This document shows, one piece after another, positions 47,828 through 57,686 of a stretch of DNA of 64,000 nt; the first letter of the stretch is position 1; the number at the start of each line of letters is the position of its first letter. This stretch comes from an uncultured bacterium. GTDB lineage: Bacteria > Margulisbacteria > WOR-1 > CAVSGV01. A model generated the notes under the pieces. The model did not search any database. It worked only from the letters and a program-made list of their open reading frames with translations, and was not told the origin of the DNA. The stretch spans positions 64,001-128,000 of the forward strand of contig CAVYHE010000007.1 of NCBI GenBank assembly GCA_963768305.1, read 5' to 3'. The position numbers and the translations under genes are program-made.

Positions 47828-49119
47828 TTACGGTTCCGTTATAATTAATTCTTCAGTATTATATAACATACAATCAAAATATTCATTGCTGTTTATAACG
47901 TTCATCATATTCAATCCGGGGAAGTTAACATCTTTAACGGCTGTTATGTCAACATAATAACTTCCGGAAGGCATTATATTAAAAACAGAAGCGGGTATCT
48001 TGATACTTGTATCTGTTGTATATCCGATCCAAGAAAAACTGGAACTGACACCAGAAAGTTGAACATCGTAATAAGTAGCCCAGCCAACCGCTTGCCACTC
48101 AAATGAAGTAGTTGCCGTCAAAGTTTCTCCACTAGCAGGATGAGTTATGAATGACAAAGTCGGCAGGGAATATAAATTCATGTTTATATTTTGTGCCTCT
48201 GCAGAAGTATAAAAGAAGTTTTTTTTAAAATAATTATTCGCCGTCGGATGGTTGATTCCCAGATCATAACAATATGAATCTCCAGATATAAGCCCGGGTA
48301 ATCGATCAATGATTATTGGATTTGCAGTGGAATCCACATACCCACCATATCCAACAAGTGTTTGATCGTGGTAAATATAAACGCAGGCATATTTATTGAA
48401 ATAGCCCGAAGGAAGAGAAACGGTTGCGTCAATTGTCTTATTGGCATTTGCCGGCAGCACAACATAATTTATGCTTCCGCCGCCGCCTGTGTTGACAACA
48501 TTGTATTGGTAAATGTCGGAGCCCGAGTAGTCTGCGCCTATACACACATAAGCTGTTTCATTCGCACCGGCTCCCGTTATTTCGAAAGTGCCAGTGTTCT
48601 TATCAAAGAACTCGGAAATATCAGAATAATATTTTCCTGATAAGTAATGGATGGATAAGTCGATGTCGCTTGGCGGCGATGCTAAACCCTCCATTATTCC
48701 TTCTATAGTGCAGGTTCCTGTCGGCGAAGTGCCGATCCTCCCTGGGCAAAGTTCACAGTGCTGTTGTTGCATACCAGGGTCTGTGTGTGAGTATATCCTT
48801 CTTTAGTCAGAGATAATGTTACCTCTCCGTGGGGCAGACCGGTGAAAGTATATTTGCCCTGAGAATCCACCTTCACGGTAACCTCAGCGGACATCGCCTC
48901 CGCTGTCACCGATACATAAGCATCTTGGGTTGGTATATATGTAGCTGTTGAATTATCATAAATATAAACAGTTCCGGACACAGTCCCCACATTTGGATTT
49001 GATCCTGAGCTTCCGCCGCTACCCCCCCCCGTCGGATTTCCGCAGCCGGAGATAAATATGAAAACACCGAAGATCAATAAAGAGATTAATGCGAAAAAAA
49101 TCCTGTTTTTGAGGAACAT
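47828..49119 (-). CDS. Surface lipoprotein with carboxypeptidase-regulatory-like beta domain (frameshift near 48745)
   Basis: Lipobox ISGC, GS linker, GTVSGTV...DSQGKYTFTGL; Tyr/Thr-rich C-terminal ORF. Confidence 0.65.
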
Positions 49120-49207
49120 TATGGTGTGATTATAATTCTGAATTCTTTGATATACAAGCAATACCACCTCTTACAAAAGCCCCGTGATTGTGGTAAAATC
49201 CGTCCAA

Positions 49208-51517
49208 ATGAGAAAGATATTGCTTTCTTTTATTTTCTTCAGCATCCTGCTCATCACATTATCCTACTGCGCCGGCAACGCGGAACTGGACCGCGCCGTC
49301 ACCCTTTACAAATGGAAATTCTACGATGATTCAATAGCCGAGCTGGATAAGCTCATTTCCGACAAAAAAGAGCCGTGGACAAGCAGGGCGTTTTTCCTTA
49401 AAGCGAACTGCCTGACGAAAAAAGGCGATTCCGCCGGGGCAGAATTGATCTTAAAAGGTCTCGCTGGTGACCCGAAGTTCGCGCTTTCCGATTATGCTGA
49501 ATTTTATCTGGGCGACCTAAGCTTTGACAAAAAACATTTTGATGAGGCCATTGCCAGTTATGACAAGGTCACCCAGAGGAGTGCGCTTCGAGTGGACGCC
49601 GCTATAAGAAAAGCTGAATGCCTTTTTAAGCTGGGGAAATTCGATGACGCCATCGCGATATGCAATTCACTTATTTCCAAAGACCCGACTTCAACCTCAA
49701 TGGATAAGGCAAGGCTTGTCCTGGGCCAATGCTACGAAAAGACCGGAAAATTGAAGGAAGCTGTAAAAGCCTATCATGAGATAGATACTTATACGCCACT
49801 TAGCCCGCTTGTGAAAGAAGCTGTTTCGAACATCAAGCACATATCTGGCATGTATAAAATATATCCTGAAGCAGCGACGGCGGAAGACATGTTCAACAAG
49901 GCCCAGGTGTATTACAATGCCGGGGACTTCCGCGCCGCCGGCGACACGTTCCAGAGGATAGTCGCGAATTACAGGGACAGCGATCTATGGGAAGAGTCGC
50001 TTTATAAGCTGGGGTTGTGCGATTACAGGAGAAGAAGACTGGCCTCATCCATCCAGAGGCTCAAGATGTGCGTAGCTCAGGGCGGGGATTTTGCCGCCGC
50101 CGCCCAGTTTTACATGGCGTTCGCGTACGGCAAGGCCGGTTATTTCTATCAGACGCTGGATTCGCTGGGAAAAGTGACGTCAAATTATCCTTCTTCCGAC
50201 TACGCCGACCACGCCGCTTATTATCTGGGGTATTATTACGAGATAAATCATTATCAGGATACCGCTCTGGAATATTACGACCGCTTTGTCCAGCAGTTCC
50301 AGAAAAGCGAATTTTTGGATGATGCCTACTGGAGGATAGGGATGATCTATTATTTCAGAAGGGATTATGCGAAAGCACGCGAAGCTTTTTCAAAGGCTCT
50401 GATGTCCTGTCAAAACGGCGACTGGCTTGACGCGTGTTCGTACTGGAAGGCACTTGCGGAAGAAAAAATGGGGGATAAACTGGACGCGATATCCTCGTAC
50501 AAGCTGGTCGTGTCGCGTTTTGATCATACATATTACAGCTATAGGGCAAGGGAAAGATTAGCTTCTCTTGGCGCTGATGTTCCTGACCTGAAAGAGGAGA
50601 AGGTGGACGAAAGCACGGCGAACATGTTAAGCGAAGGTCCTTTTGCTTACACTTCGTTCCCCGAGGACCAGACTTTCGTGGAGGAAGGACTTCCTCTGGA
50701 CGAAGCGGATGAGGACCATATTACGACGGTGGAAGCATTGCCGGCCAAAGGGATGGATCCCGCGGAGCATTTCAAAAAATACACGGAGCTGATGGCCGTA
50801 GGCTTTTATGAGGAGGCGGCGAAGGAAGCGGCTGTCCTTGTCATTATTTCCCCCCCAGACAAGAAAATGTCTGCAAAGCTGGCGCTGGCGACGGCGAATC
50901 TCGGAGCCGGAGAGATAAAAGATTCCATCGTTTATGCGGAAGCCGTCTGCGATAACGCGATACTGTGCGGAACCTCCGGCGATCTCCCTGTTTCGCTCTG
51001 GCGGCTCGCGTACCCGAAGGGATATTATAAATACGTGAGCGAATACGCGAATGAATATGGGCTTGATGAAGCGCTCGTACTGGCGGTGATAAGGGAGGAG
51101 AGCCGGTTCAATCCGAAAACGCTTTCATCCGCCCATGCGCGCGGCCTTATGCAGATAATCCCGCCCACGGGCAGGAGCCTGGCAAGGCTGATAGGATTAA
51201 GGCCATACTACACGAACCAGCTGCACGATCCTGACATGAACATAAGGATGGGCTGCGCTTATCTGGCACAGCTTATGAAGAGGTTCAATAACGATATGTT
51301 CATGGTCGTTGCCGCATACAACGGCGGCCCCATAAGGGTGCAAAAGTGGAGGAACAAATGGCTGAAGGAAGCGGGTTCAGAGATCGACATCGACGAATTC
51401 GTGGAAAGCATCCCTCTCCTGGAAACAAGGCGGTACGTTCAGAAGGTCATGAAAAGCTATTATGAATATAAACGGCATTATTCCCAGGGGCTCCCGCCGG
51501 TCCCCGTAAAAGGATAG
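49208..51517 (+). CDS. slt: Soluble lytic transglycosylase with TPR repeats
   Basis: IREESRF, ARGLMQI, AYNGG, ETRRYVQKV. Confidence 0.9.
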   Translation: MRKILLSFIFFSILLITLSYCAGNAELDRAVTLYKWKFYDDSIAELDKLISDKKEPWTSRAFFLKANCLTKKGDSAGAELILKGLAGDPKFALSDYAEFYLGDLSFDKKHFDEAIASYDKVTQRSALRVDAAIRKAECLFKLGKFDDAIAICNSLISKDPTSTSMDKARLVLGQCYEKTGKLKEAVKAYHEIDTYTPLSPLVKEAVSNIKHISGMYKIYPEAATAEDMFNKAQVYYNAGDFRAAGDTFQRIVANYRDSDLWEESLYKLGLCDYRRRRLASSIQRLKMCVAQGGDFAAAAQFYMAFAYGKAGYFYQTLDSLGKVTSNYPSSDYADHAAYYLGYYYEINHYQDTALEYYDRFVQQFQKSEFLDDAYWRIGMIYYFRRDYAKAREAFSKALMSCQNGDWLDACSYWKALAEEKMGDKLDAISSYKLVVSRFDHTYYSYRARERLASLGADVPDLKEEKVDESTANMLSEGPFAYTSFPEDQTFVEEGLPLDEADEDHITTVEALPAKGMDPAEHFKKYTELMAVGFYEEAAKEAAVLVIISPPDKKMSAKLALATANLGAGEIKDSIVYAEAVCDNAILCGTSGDLPVSLWRLAYPKGYYKYVSEYANEYGLDEALVLAVIREESRFNPKTLSSAHARGLMQIIPPTGRSLARLIGLRPYYTNQLHDPDMNIRMGCAYLAQLMKRFNNDMFMVVAAYNGGPIRVQKWRNKWLKEAGSEIDIDEFVESIPLLETRRYVQKVMKSYYEYKRHYSQGLPPVPVKG

Positions 51518-51523
51518 TCGATC

Positions 51524-52537
51524 ATGGAAAAAATAATAACTGTTGACCGCAAGGAAGAAGACCTGGCTTTTGTCGGCCTGCGTCCCAAAAATCTTTCTAA
51601 TTTCATCGGACAGGAGACGGTCAAGGGGAATCTCACCATCCACATGGACGCCGCGCGCAAAAGAAAAGAGGCGCTGGAACATATTTTATTATACGGGCCT
51701 CCGGGACTTGGAAAGACAACACTTGCTAATATCATTGCCAATGAAATGGGGGTTAATATTAAAATAACTTCCGGCCCCGCGATAGAAAGGCCGGGTGACC
51801 TGGCCGCTATTCTGACCAATCTCAAGGACTTCGATATTTTATTTATTGATGAAATTCATCGATTGAACCGGACCGTTGAAGAAGTTCTATATCCCGCGAT
51901 GGAAGATTTTGGGCTGGATATAATCATCGGGAAAGGGCCGTCGGCCAGGTCAATACGCTTGGACCTGCCAAGATTCACATTGATAGGCGCTACGACCAGG
52001 GCAGGACAGCTTACGTCACCTCTCCGCGACAGGTTCGGAATGATAGCGCGGCTTGAATTCTATACTGTCGACGAACTGAAGATCATCATCAAGCATTCTT
52101 CGGAGGTCCTGGGAATAAAGATAAACGATGAAAGCGCGACGGAGATAGCGAAAAGGTCCCGCGGCACACCCAGGATAGCGAACAGGATCCTGCGCCGGAT
52201 AAGGGACTATAGTCAGGTCAAGTCCCACGGCAGTATTGACCTGGAAGTCTCGACAGCCGCACTGAACAATCTGGATATTGATCCGCTCGGTCTTGATAAT
52301 GTGGACAGGAAGCTGCTGAAGACCATTATCGAAAAATTCGGCGGCGGCCCTGTAGGAGTAGAAACACTGGCGGCATCGATATCAGAGGAAGCGGAAACGA
52401 TAGAAGACGTTTACGAGCCGTATCTCATGCAGATCGGTTTCATGGAAAGGACGTCCCGCGGCAGGATGGCGACGGATGCCGCTTACAAACATTTAGGAAT
52501 ACAAAAAAAAGAAAAGCTGCAGGGGAAATTATTTTAA
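51524..52537 (+). CDS. ruvB: Holliday junction helicase RuvB
   Basis: [31 protein letters not shown]. Confidence 0.97.
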   Translation: MEKIITVDRKEEDLAFVGLRPKNLSNFIGQETVKGNLTIHMDAARKRKEALEHILLYGPPGLGKTTLANIIANEMGVNIKITSGPAIERPGDLAAILTNLKDFDILFIDEIHRLNRTVEEVLYPAMEDFGLDIIIGKGPSARSIRLDLPRFTLIGATTRAGQLTSPLRDRFGMIARLEFYTVDELKIIIKHSSEVLGIKINDESATEIAKRSRGTPRIANRILRRIRDYSQVKSHGSIDLEVSTAALNNLDIDPLGLDNVDRKLLKTIIEKFGGGPVGVETLAASISEEAETIEDVYEPYLMQIGFMERTSRGRMATDAAYKHLGIQKKEKLQGKLF

Positions 52538-52622
52538 CCAGTATTGAATGATATAGTCTCATCCAGGCCATGATCTTCACTCCTTAAACGCAAGGACACC
52601 CAGGCTTAAAAGGAGGAGGGTT

Positions 52623-53714
52623 TTGGAAGTCCGGATCAATTTTGAGAACAAACCGCTATTTTTCCGCGATCCTGAAATGATCGTTATCTGCAAGGATCCT
52701 TTATGTTTCAATTCCGCACTGAAAGAACTGGAGCATTTGTCTAAATCTGGATACTGGCTGGCAGGATTCATTTCATACGAAGCCGGTTATTGCCTTGAAG
52801 AAAAATTATTTGATCCGATACCTTATGATTTTCCACTTCTAATGTTCGGAGCGTATAAAAATGCCGAAGATCGTGCTTCGCTGCCAAAAAAAACAGGGAA
52901 TTTCAAGATCAACAACCTGAAACCGAATATCTCATTTGATGATTACTCCCACAATATCGAACGGATCAGGCAATACATATCTATTGGTGATGTCTATCAG
53001 ATAACATACTGCGTTAAATATAAATTCGAACTTGCCGGCGATCCGTACGCGCTGTATAAAGAGCTTTTCTGCCGGCAGCCGGTCCCCTATCCGGCTTATA
53101 TCGATACGGGAGAATTTCAGATCCTTTCGCTTTCCCCGGAACGATTTATCAGGAAAAATAATGATCAAGTGTTGACGGAGCCGATGAAAGGCACGTGGCA
53201 CAGAGGGCGCAATGTTATCGCCGATATCATCGAAAAGTACAGGTTCTTTAATGATAAAAAGAACAGGGCCGAGAACATTATGATAGCTGACCTTTTGCGC
53301 AATGACCTGGGAAGGATTGGAACTGGTATCGCATGGCGGGATCTCTTCAAGGTGACAGCTTATAAAACTTTGTTCCAGATGACGTCAACAGTTACCGCGA
53401 AAGTGGCGCCGAACAGGGCATTTTCAACTCTTTTGTCCACTCTTTTCCCTTCCGGCTCTGTCACGGGCGCGCCGAAGATACGCGCCATGGAGGTGATCAG
53501 GGAAATTGAAGATGAGGAAAGGAACGTTTACACTGGAGCGATAGGATACATATCTCCAGACGGCAACATGTATTTCAATGTTCCCATCAGGACAATACTT
53601 GTCCGCGGCGGGGGGTGCGAGATGGGGATTGGCGGCGGCATAATATGGGATTCCACTCCCGAAGGCGAATGGGCCGAGACCCGGCTGAAAGCGGAATTCC
53701 TCGGTCAACCTTGA
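52623..53714 (+). CDS. pabB: Aminodeoxychorismate synthase component I
   Basis: SPERF, PMKGT, AENIMIADLLRNDL, GSVTGAPK. Confidence 0.88.
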   Translation: MEVRINFENKPLFFRDPEMIVICKDPLCFNSALKELEHLSKSGYWLAGFISYEAGYCLEEKLFDPIPYDFPLLMFGAYKNAEDRASLPKKTGNFKINNLKPNISFDDYSHNIERIRQYISIGDVYQITYCVKYKFELAGDPYALYKELFCRQPVPYPAYIDTGEFQILSLSPERFIRKNNDQVLTEPMKGTWHRGRNVIADIIEKYRFFNDKKNRAENIMIADLLRNDLGRIGTGIAWRDLFKVTAYKTLFQMTSTVTAKVAPNRAFSTLLSTLFPSGSVTGAPKIRAMEVIREIEDEERNVYTGAIGYISPDGNMYFNVPIRTILVRGGGCEMGIGGGIIWDSTPEGEWAETRLKAEFLGQP

Positions 53715-53768
53715 ATAATAACGGGAATGAACATATAATATGGACCGGCAGCCGAAAGGAGAAATTTT

Positions 53769-54038
53769 ATGGCATTCAGAAGCTTGGTCATGTCCATTAT
53801 CCTGGCAATGCTTCTTACATGGTTCGCGCTTTTGAACTCACAGGTAGTAAGCATTTCTCTTCTGGTCTGGTCCTTCAATACCTATCTTTCAATTGTAATA
53901 TTCATCTCTATACTTGTCGGAATATTGTTCACCGGGCTTATCTCCGCGATGGAGCAGAGAAAATTCCTTTCCAGGATCAGCGAGCTTGAAGGCAAGTTGA
54001 AGGTGGAAGAAAAGCTCATAAAAGGCGAAAAAAAATAA
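53769..54038 (+). CDS. LapA/DUF1049 family membrane protein
   Basis: FALLNSQVVSI pattern, two TM helices plus coiled coil. Confidence 0.75.
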   Translation: MAFRSLVMSIILAMLLTWFALLNSQVVSISLLVWSFNTYLSIVIFISILVGILFTGLISAMEQRKFLSRISELEGKLKVEEKLIKGEKK

Positions 54039-54043
54039 CCTCT

Positions 54044-54634
54044 ATGGCAAAACGGACCTCTGCGATCAAAAGGAAGACCGGCGAAACGAATATTTCCATT
54101 TCCCTGAACATTGACGGCAAGGGGAAAAGCTCCATCAAGACCGGCATTCCATTTTTTGACCACATGCTAACGCTTTTCTCAAAGCATGGGCTTTTTGACA
54201 TCAAACTGTCAGCAAAAGGCGATATCAACGTGGATTTTCACCATACCGTGGAGGATGTAGGCATCTGCCTGGGCCAGGCGTTCAAGGAAGCTCTCGGCGG
54301 CAAATATGGCATCGTCCGGTACGGTGAATCAAAGGTGCCCATGGATGAAGCGCTCGCGGAGGTCATCATCGACATAAGCGGCCGCCCCCACCTTACATAT
54401 AATGTGCCGTTCGAGAAGACGAAATTCATCGATTTTGATGTGGAGGTGGTCCGTGAATTCTTTGAGGCATTCGTCCTGAATTCTGCGATCACAGTGCATG
54501 TCAATCTGATCCGCGGCAGGAACATGCATCACATAATAGAAGCGGTCTTCAAGGCTTTCGCTGTGACGCTTTCGAAAGCCTGCGCCATAGACCCGCGCAA
54601 AAAAGGCATCCCATCCACAAAAGGCGTCCTTTGA
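54044..54634 (+). CDS. hisB: Imidazoleglycerol-phosphate dehydratase
   Basis: HHTVED, PMDEAL, NMHHIIEA, PSTKG. Confidence 0.97.
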   Translation: MAKRTSAIKRKTGETNISISLNIDGKGKSSIKTGIPFFDHMLTLFSKHGLFDIKLSAKGDINVDFHHTVEDVGICLGQAFKEALGGKYGIVRYGESKVPMDEALAEVIIDISGRPHLTYNVPFEKTKFIDFDVEVVREFFEAFVLNSAITVHVNLIRGRNMHHIIEAVFKAFAVTLSKACAIDPRKKGIPSTKGVL

Positions 54635-54650
54635 GGTATAATTGATCTCT

Positions 54651-55376
54651 ATGAATTCTCAGGAATATAAATACAGGAAACTTATCAATGCGAAGGGCCT
54701 GGTACGCAGCGCCGTCATTGAAAAAGATTCCGACCTGCTGATATTTGCTGACAGAGCGCTCACTACACCGGCGCATGAAACCCTTATAAGAGAAAGAAAA
54801 GAGCTGTTCAACTTCATGGCGAAGAACCCGAAATTTGAAAAGACGCTCAAGCCTTATGCCGCCTCGTTATTTTCGCCGAAGATAATAAAGCTGATGTCAT
54901 GGGCCGCGCACAGAGCAAATGTGGGACCCATGGCAGCCATGGGCGGCGCCATAGCCGAGCTTGTCGGCACCTGTCTCATGAAATATTCAAAGGAAGTGAT
55001 AGTCGAGAACGGCGGAGACATTTTCGTGAAGTTGACCAAGCCGAGAAGGATAGGCATTTACGCGCAAAAATCTTCTTTTTCCGAAAAGATAGCCCTTGAG
55101 ATCTCGCCGGCCGACACGCCGCTTGGCATCTGCACATCTATCGGTACAGCAGGCCATACAATTACTTTAGGATCAGCTGATGCGGTTATCGTGACCGCAA
55201 GGTCTTGCGCGCTAGCCGATGCCGCAGCCACTGCGATCGGGAACGTCGTGACCAGCGAAAAAACCATAGAAGAAGGGCTGAACATGGCAAAGAAGATAAA
55301 AGGCCTTCACGGCGCGCTCATCATCAAGAATGACGTTATGGGAGCATGGGGAACATTAAAGATAGTTTCACTTTAA
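54651..55376 (+). CDS. UPF0280/ApbE-like protein
   Basis: VGPMAA, ENGGDI, ADAAATAIGN. Confidence 0.85.
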   Translation: MNSQEYKYRKLINAKGLVRSAVIEKDSDLLIFADRALTTPAHETLIRERKELFNFMAKNPKFEKTLKPYAASLFSPKIIKLMSWAAHRANVGPMAAMGGAIAELVGTCLMKYSKEVIVENGGDIFVKLTKPRRIGIYAQKSSFSEKIALEISPADTPLGICTSIGTAGHTITLGSADAVIVTARSCALADAAATAIGNVVTSEKTIEEGLNMAKKIKGLHGALIIKNDVMGAWGTLKIVSL

Positions 55377-56615
55377 TGCCGGAAGCGTATTGTACGCGTT
55401 CGGCATGATGTAAGCCGGTTCATTTATCCCCGCAAGGTTCATCGCTTCCGCAAGATTTTCCGCGGGAATGATGCCGAATTTTTGAATCGTTCCTCTATCC
55501 AGTTTTGACATCCAGATGATGCGAAATCTTTCTGCTTTTTTTAAAGCCGAAAGTATCGTATGCCCCGGAATAGTGAACTTCTTTTTCAATTCCTCTTCGA
55601 TCGCCTTTGCCGAGCCAAGATTTACGTATTTCATATATTCGCCGGATGGGAATCCTTCCCCGGATTCGCCCAGAAGGATCATTGTTCCGCCGTCTTCAAG
55701 CGCGTAGGAAGCGTTCTCCATTGCTTTGTGCGTCTGGACAAAATTGAGGTCTTTTGTTCCGCCGCCGGAGGATGCGATGACGAATTTCGCCTTCTTTTCG
55801 ATGCCAACCTTAAAGTTATTATCAAGAGCTTCGCATCCGGCTTCGTGGCCCGCCTGAAGATCGCCCGCGAAGATCGAGGAGATCCTTCCGGAATCATCCA
55901 TTATCACATTGAATATCATGTCGGGCTCCAGCATTTTCGCGGCTTCCAGCATATCCTCGTGGACAGGATTCCCTTCAAGGACGCCTGTTTTCGCTTTATC
56001 GCTTGTCAGGCAAAGTTTATGATTTGTCTGTATCGTTTGGAACGCTGATACCCCGGGAAGTACCGCTTTTCTTCCCCCGCCGTATCCCGCGAAATAGTGA
56101 TATGTTATGGCGCCTGTCAGGATGATCCTGTCGGCTCCAGCAACTTTTTTATTGACCTCGACTTTTGTGCCTCTTGATGTGACACCCAGATCTATCAGAT
56201 TATTCTGATCATTGCAATCGTGGTCGAGAAGTTCGATCCTTCCGGCTATCTCTTCCCCCACTATTTCAGCGTGTTCTTTCTTTGAATGAAGGCGGTGAGT
56301 TCCGCAGGAAAACATGATGAAAATGTCGCTATCAGGTATTCCGATCGAATTGAGCTCATTGATGATGACAGGCAGAAAAACCGATGCCGCGACATTCCTT
56401 GTCCTGTCGGAAACTATTATCGCGGTCGTGTCCCCGGGATTGAATATCTCGCGCAGGCCTTTGGATGAGATCGGATATGTAAGGACCCTTTTGATCTTTT
56501 CTTCGAAGTTCGTGAGCGGTGACAGTTTCTTTCCGCTAAGCACGGACAGGATATTTCCTTCGTCCAGTTTAAGGGTGATCTTCTTCTTGCCGTATCTCAG
56601 GTCAAGGGTTTTCAA
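55368..56615 (-). CDS. larA: LarA-family nickel-pincer racemase/epimerase
   Basis: SDRTR, GTHR, HYFAGYGGGRKAVLPG, GNPVHEDM. Confidence 0.8.
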   Translation of the reverse strand: MKTLDLRYGKKKITLKLDEGNILSVLSGKKLSPLTNFEEKIKRVLTYPISSKGLREIFNPGDTTAIIVSDRTRNVAASVFLPVIINELNSIGIPDSDIFIMFSCGTHRLHSKKEHAEIVGEEIAGRIELLDHDCNDQNNLIDLGVTSRGTKVEVNKKVAGADRIILTGAITYHYFAGYGGGRKAVLPGVSAFQTIQTNHKLCLTSDKAKTGVLEGNPVHEDMLEAAKMLEPDMIFNVIMDDSGRISSIFAGDLQAGHEAGCEALDNNFKVGIEKKAKFVIASSGGGTKDLNFVQTHKAMENASYALEDGGTMILLGESGEGFPSGEYMKYVNLGSAKAIEEELKKKFTIPGHTILSALKKAERFRIIWMSKLDRGTIQKFGIIPAENLAEAMNLAGINEPAYIMPNAYNTLPALK

Positions 56616-56631
56616 GTTAAAAAGGCCGTTC

Positions 56632-56985
56632 TCAAATGTTCTTTAAGAAGACGGTATCTCCCTCTCTTGCGTGATCTTTGACCTTTATCCCTATATCGTC
56701 GCCTTTTTTCACTTTATCGACGTTTTGATGCTCTATCTGGATCGAATCCACCCTTTGCTCAAAATCGGTGGTGTGGCCTTTTATGTGGATAATGTCCCCA
56801 ACTTTCATAGGGGCTTTCATTTTTACCGCCGCCACCATTATCTTTCCGAAATAATGCTCCACCTCACCCAGTTTTTTCTCTTTTTTTACTTTTGGCTTCG
56901 CAGCTTTCTTTACAATTTTCTTCGCGGTTTTCTTTGCTGATTTCTTTTTCGCAGGCTTTTTCATCGCTTTCATTTTTGCCACCAT
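56632..56985 (-). CDS. Small translation-factor-like beta-barrel protein with Lys/Ala-rich N-terminal tail
   Basis: HYFGKIMVA...GDIIHIKGHTTDF...VDSIQI. Confidence 0.75.
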   Translation of the reverse strand: MVAKMKAMKKPAKKKSAKKTAKKIVKKAAKPKVKKEKKLGEVEHYFGKIMVAAVKMKAPMKVGDIIHIKGHTTDFEQRVDSIQIEHQNVDKVKKGDDIGIKVKDHAREGDTVFLKNI

Positions 56986-57009
56986 TAGAGCACCTCCTTG
57001 ATTAAGCGT

Positions 57010-57038
57010 ATTTTAAGCTTATGCAGGGGGTTTTTCAA
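57010..57038 (-). promoter_or_regulatory. Sigma70-type promoter
   Basis: TTGAAA-N17-TAAAAT upstream of 56985. Confidence 0.5.
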
Positions 57039-57074
57039 ATGGAAAATGCGATATCTGCGATCAAACAGGAAAAA

Positions 57075-57566
57075 TCAAAACAGCCAAAAATGATGTTTAG
57101 GTGACGGGTCTTTTATTATATGATTGAATAGCTCGTCGTAAGTCTTCTTGACATAATCAATATCTTTTCCGGCCTTTTCTACGCCCTCTTGTTTTATTAG
57201 GTCATCTTTTTTCAGCACTATTAAGCGAAGCATCTGGTCCAGTGTTTTCAACGCCTCTTTTTCGATCTTATTGGGGACGATCTCCTCATGTTTCGCGTAT
57301 TCCTTGTTCCTCAACGCAATGTCAAGAGGGGTTAGCCCGAGATCTACTATCCCTTGTTCGTTTGACAATACCGTCATCTTGCTGGACCGCTCCCCGTGCT
57401 TACTGATCGCATATTCCTCGCTGTATCCGCTGGGATCGGTGCCGCTGACTTTGATCCTATATTCGTCGTCACTTTGAGATAGATCATATTGTGTTCCATT
57501 GATACACGGCAATACCGTTATCGCTTTATGGACAGGATCCACATAACAAATTCCGCAATCGCCCAT
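57075..57566 (-). CDS. Orphan protein
   Basis: 163-aa ORF with AAGGAG RBS and upstream sigma28-like motif. Confidence 0.65.
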   Translation of the reverse strand: MGDCGICYVDPVHKAITVLPCINGTQYDLSQSDDEYRIKVSGTDPSGYSEEYAISKHGERSSKMTVLSNEQGIVDLGLTPLDIALRNKEYAKHEEIVPNKIEKEALKTLDQMLRLIVLKKDDLIKQEGVEKAGKDIDYVKKTYDELFNHIIKDPSPKHHFWLF

Positions 57567-57607
57567 TTTTTTGTCTCCTTTATGATCAACAAACTTTATA
57601 CCTTTAT

Positions 57608-57642
57608 TTATCGTTACATTTCCACAAAAATTTCACTTTTTT
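57608..57642 (-). promoter_or_regulatory. Sigma28-like promoter motif, copy 4
   Basis: AAAAAAGTGAAA-TTTTTGTGGAAATGT-AACGATAA. Confidence 0.65.
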
Positions 57643-57686
57643 CATCACCCCTTTCCCGCACTCCGCCAGAATGTTATAATCTGCCC

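Noticed and set aside
15504..57642. Repeated motif as CRISPR repeat, attC site or IS end
   Set aside because: The copies are dispersed and non-palindromic, with a variable spacer of fixed length and no integrase or transposase; a promoter fits better.
57489..57686. N-terminal extension of the glycosyltransferase
   Set aside because: It overlaps the divergent orphan gene and both promoters; the likely start is 57687.
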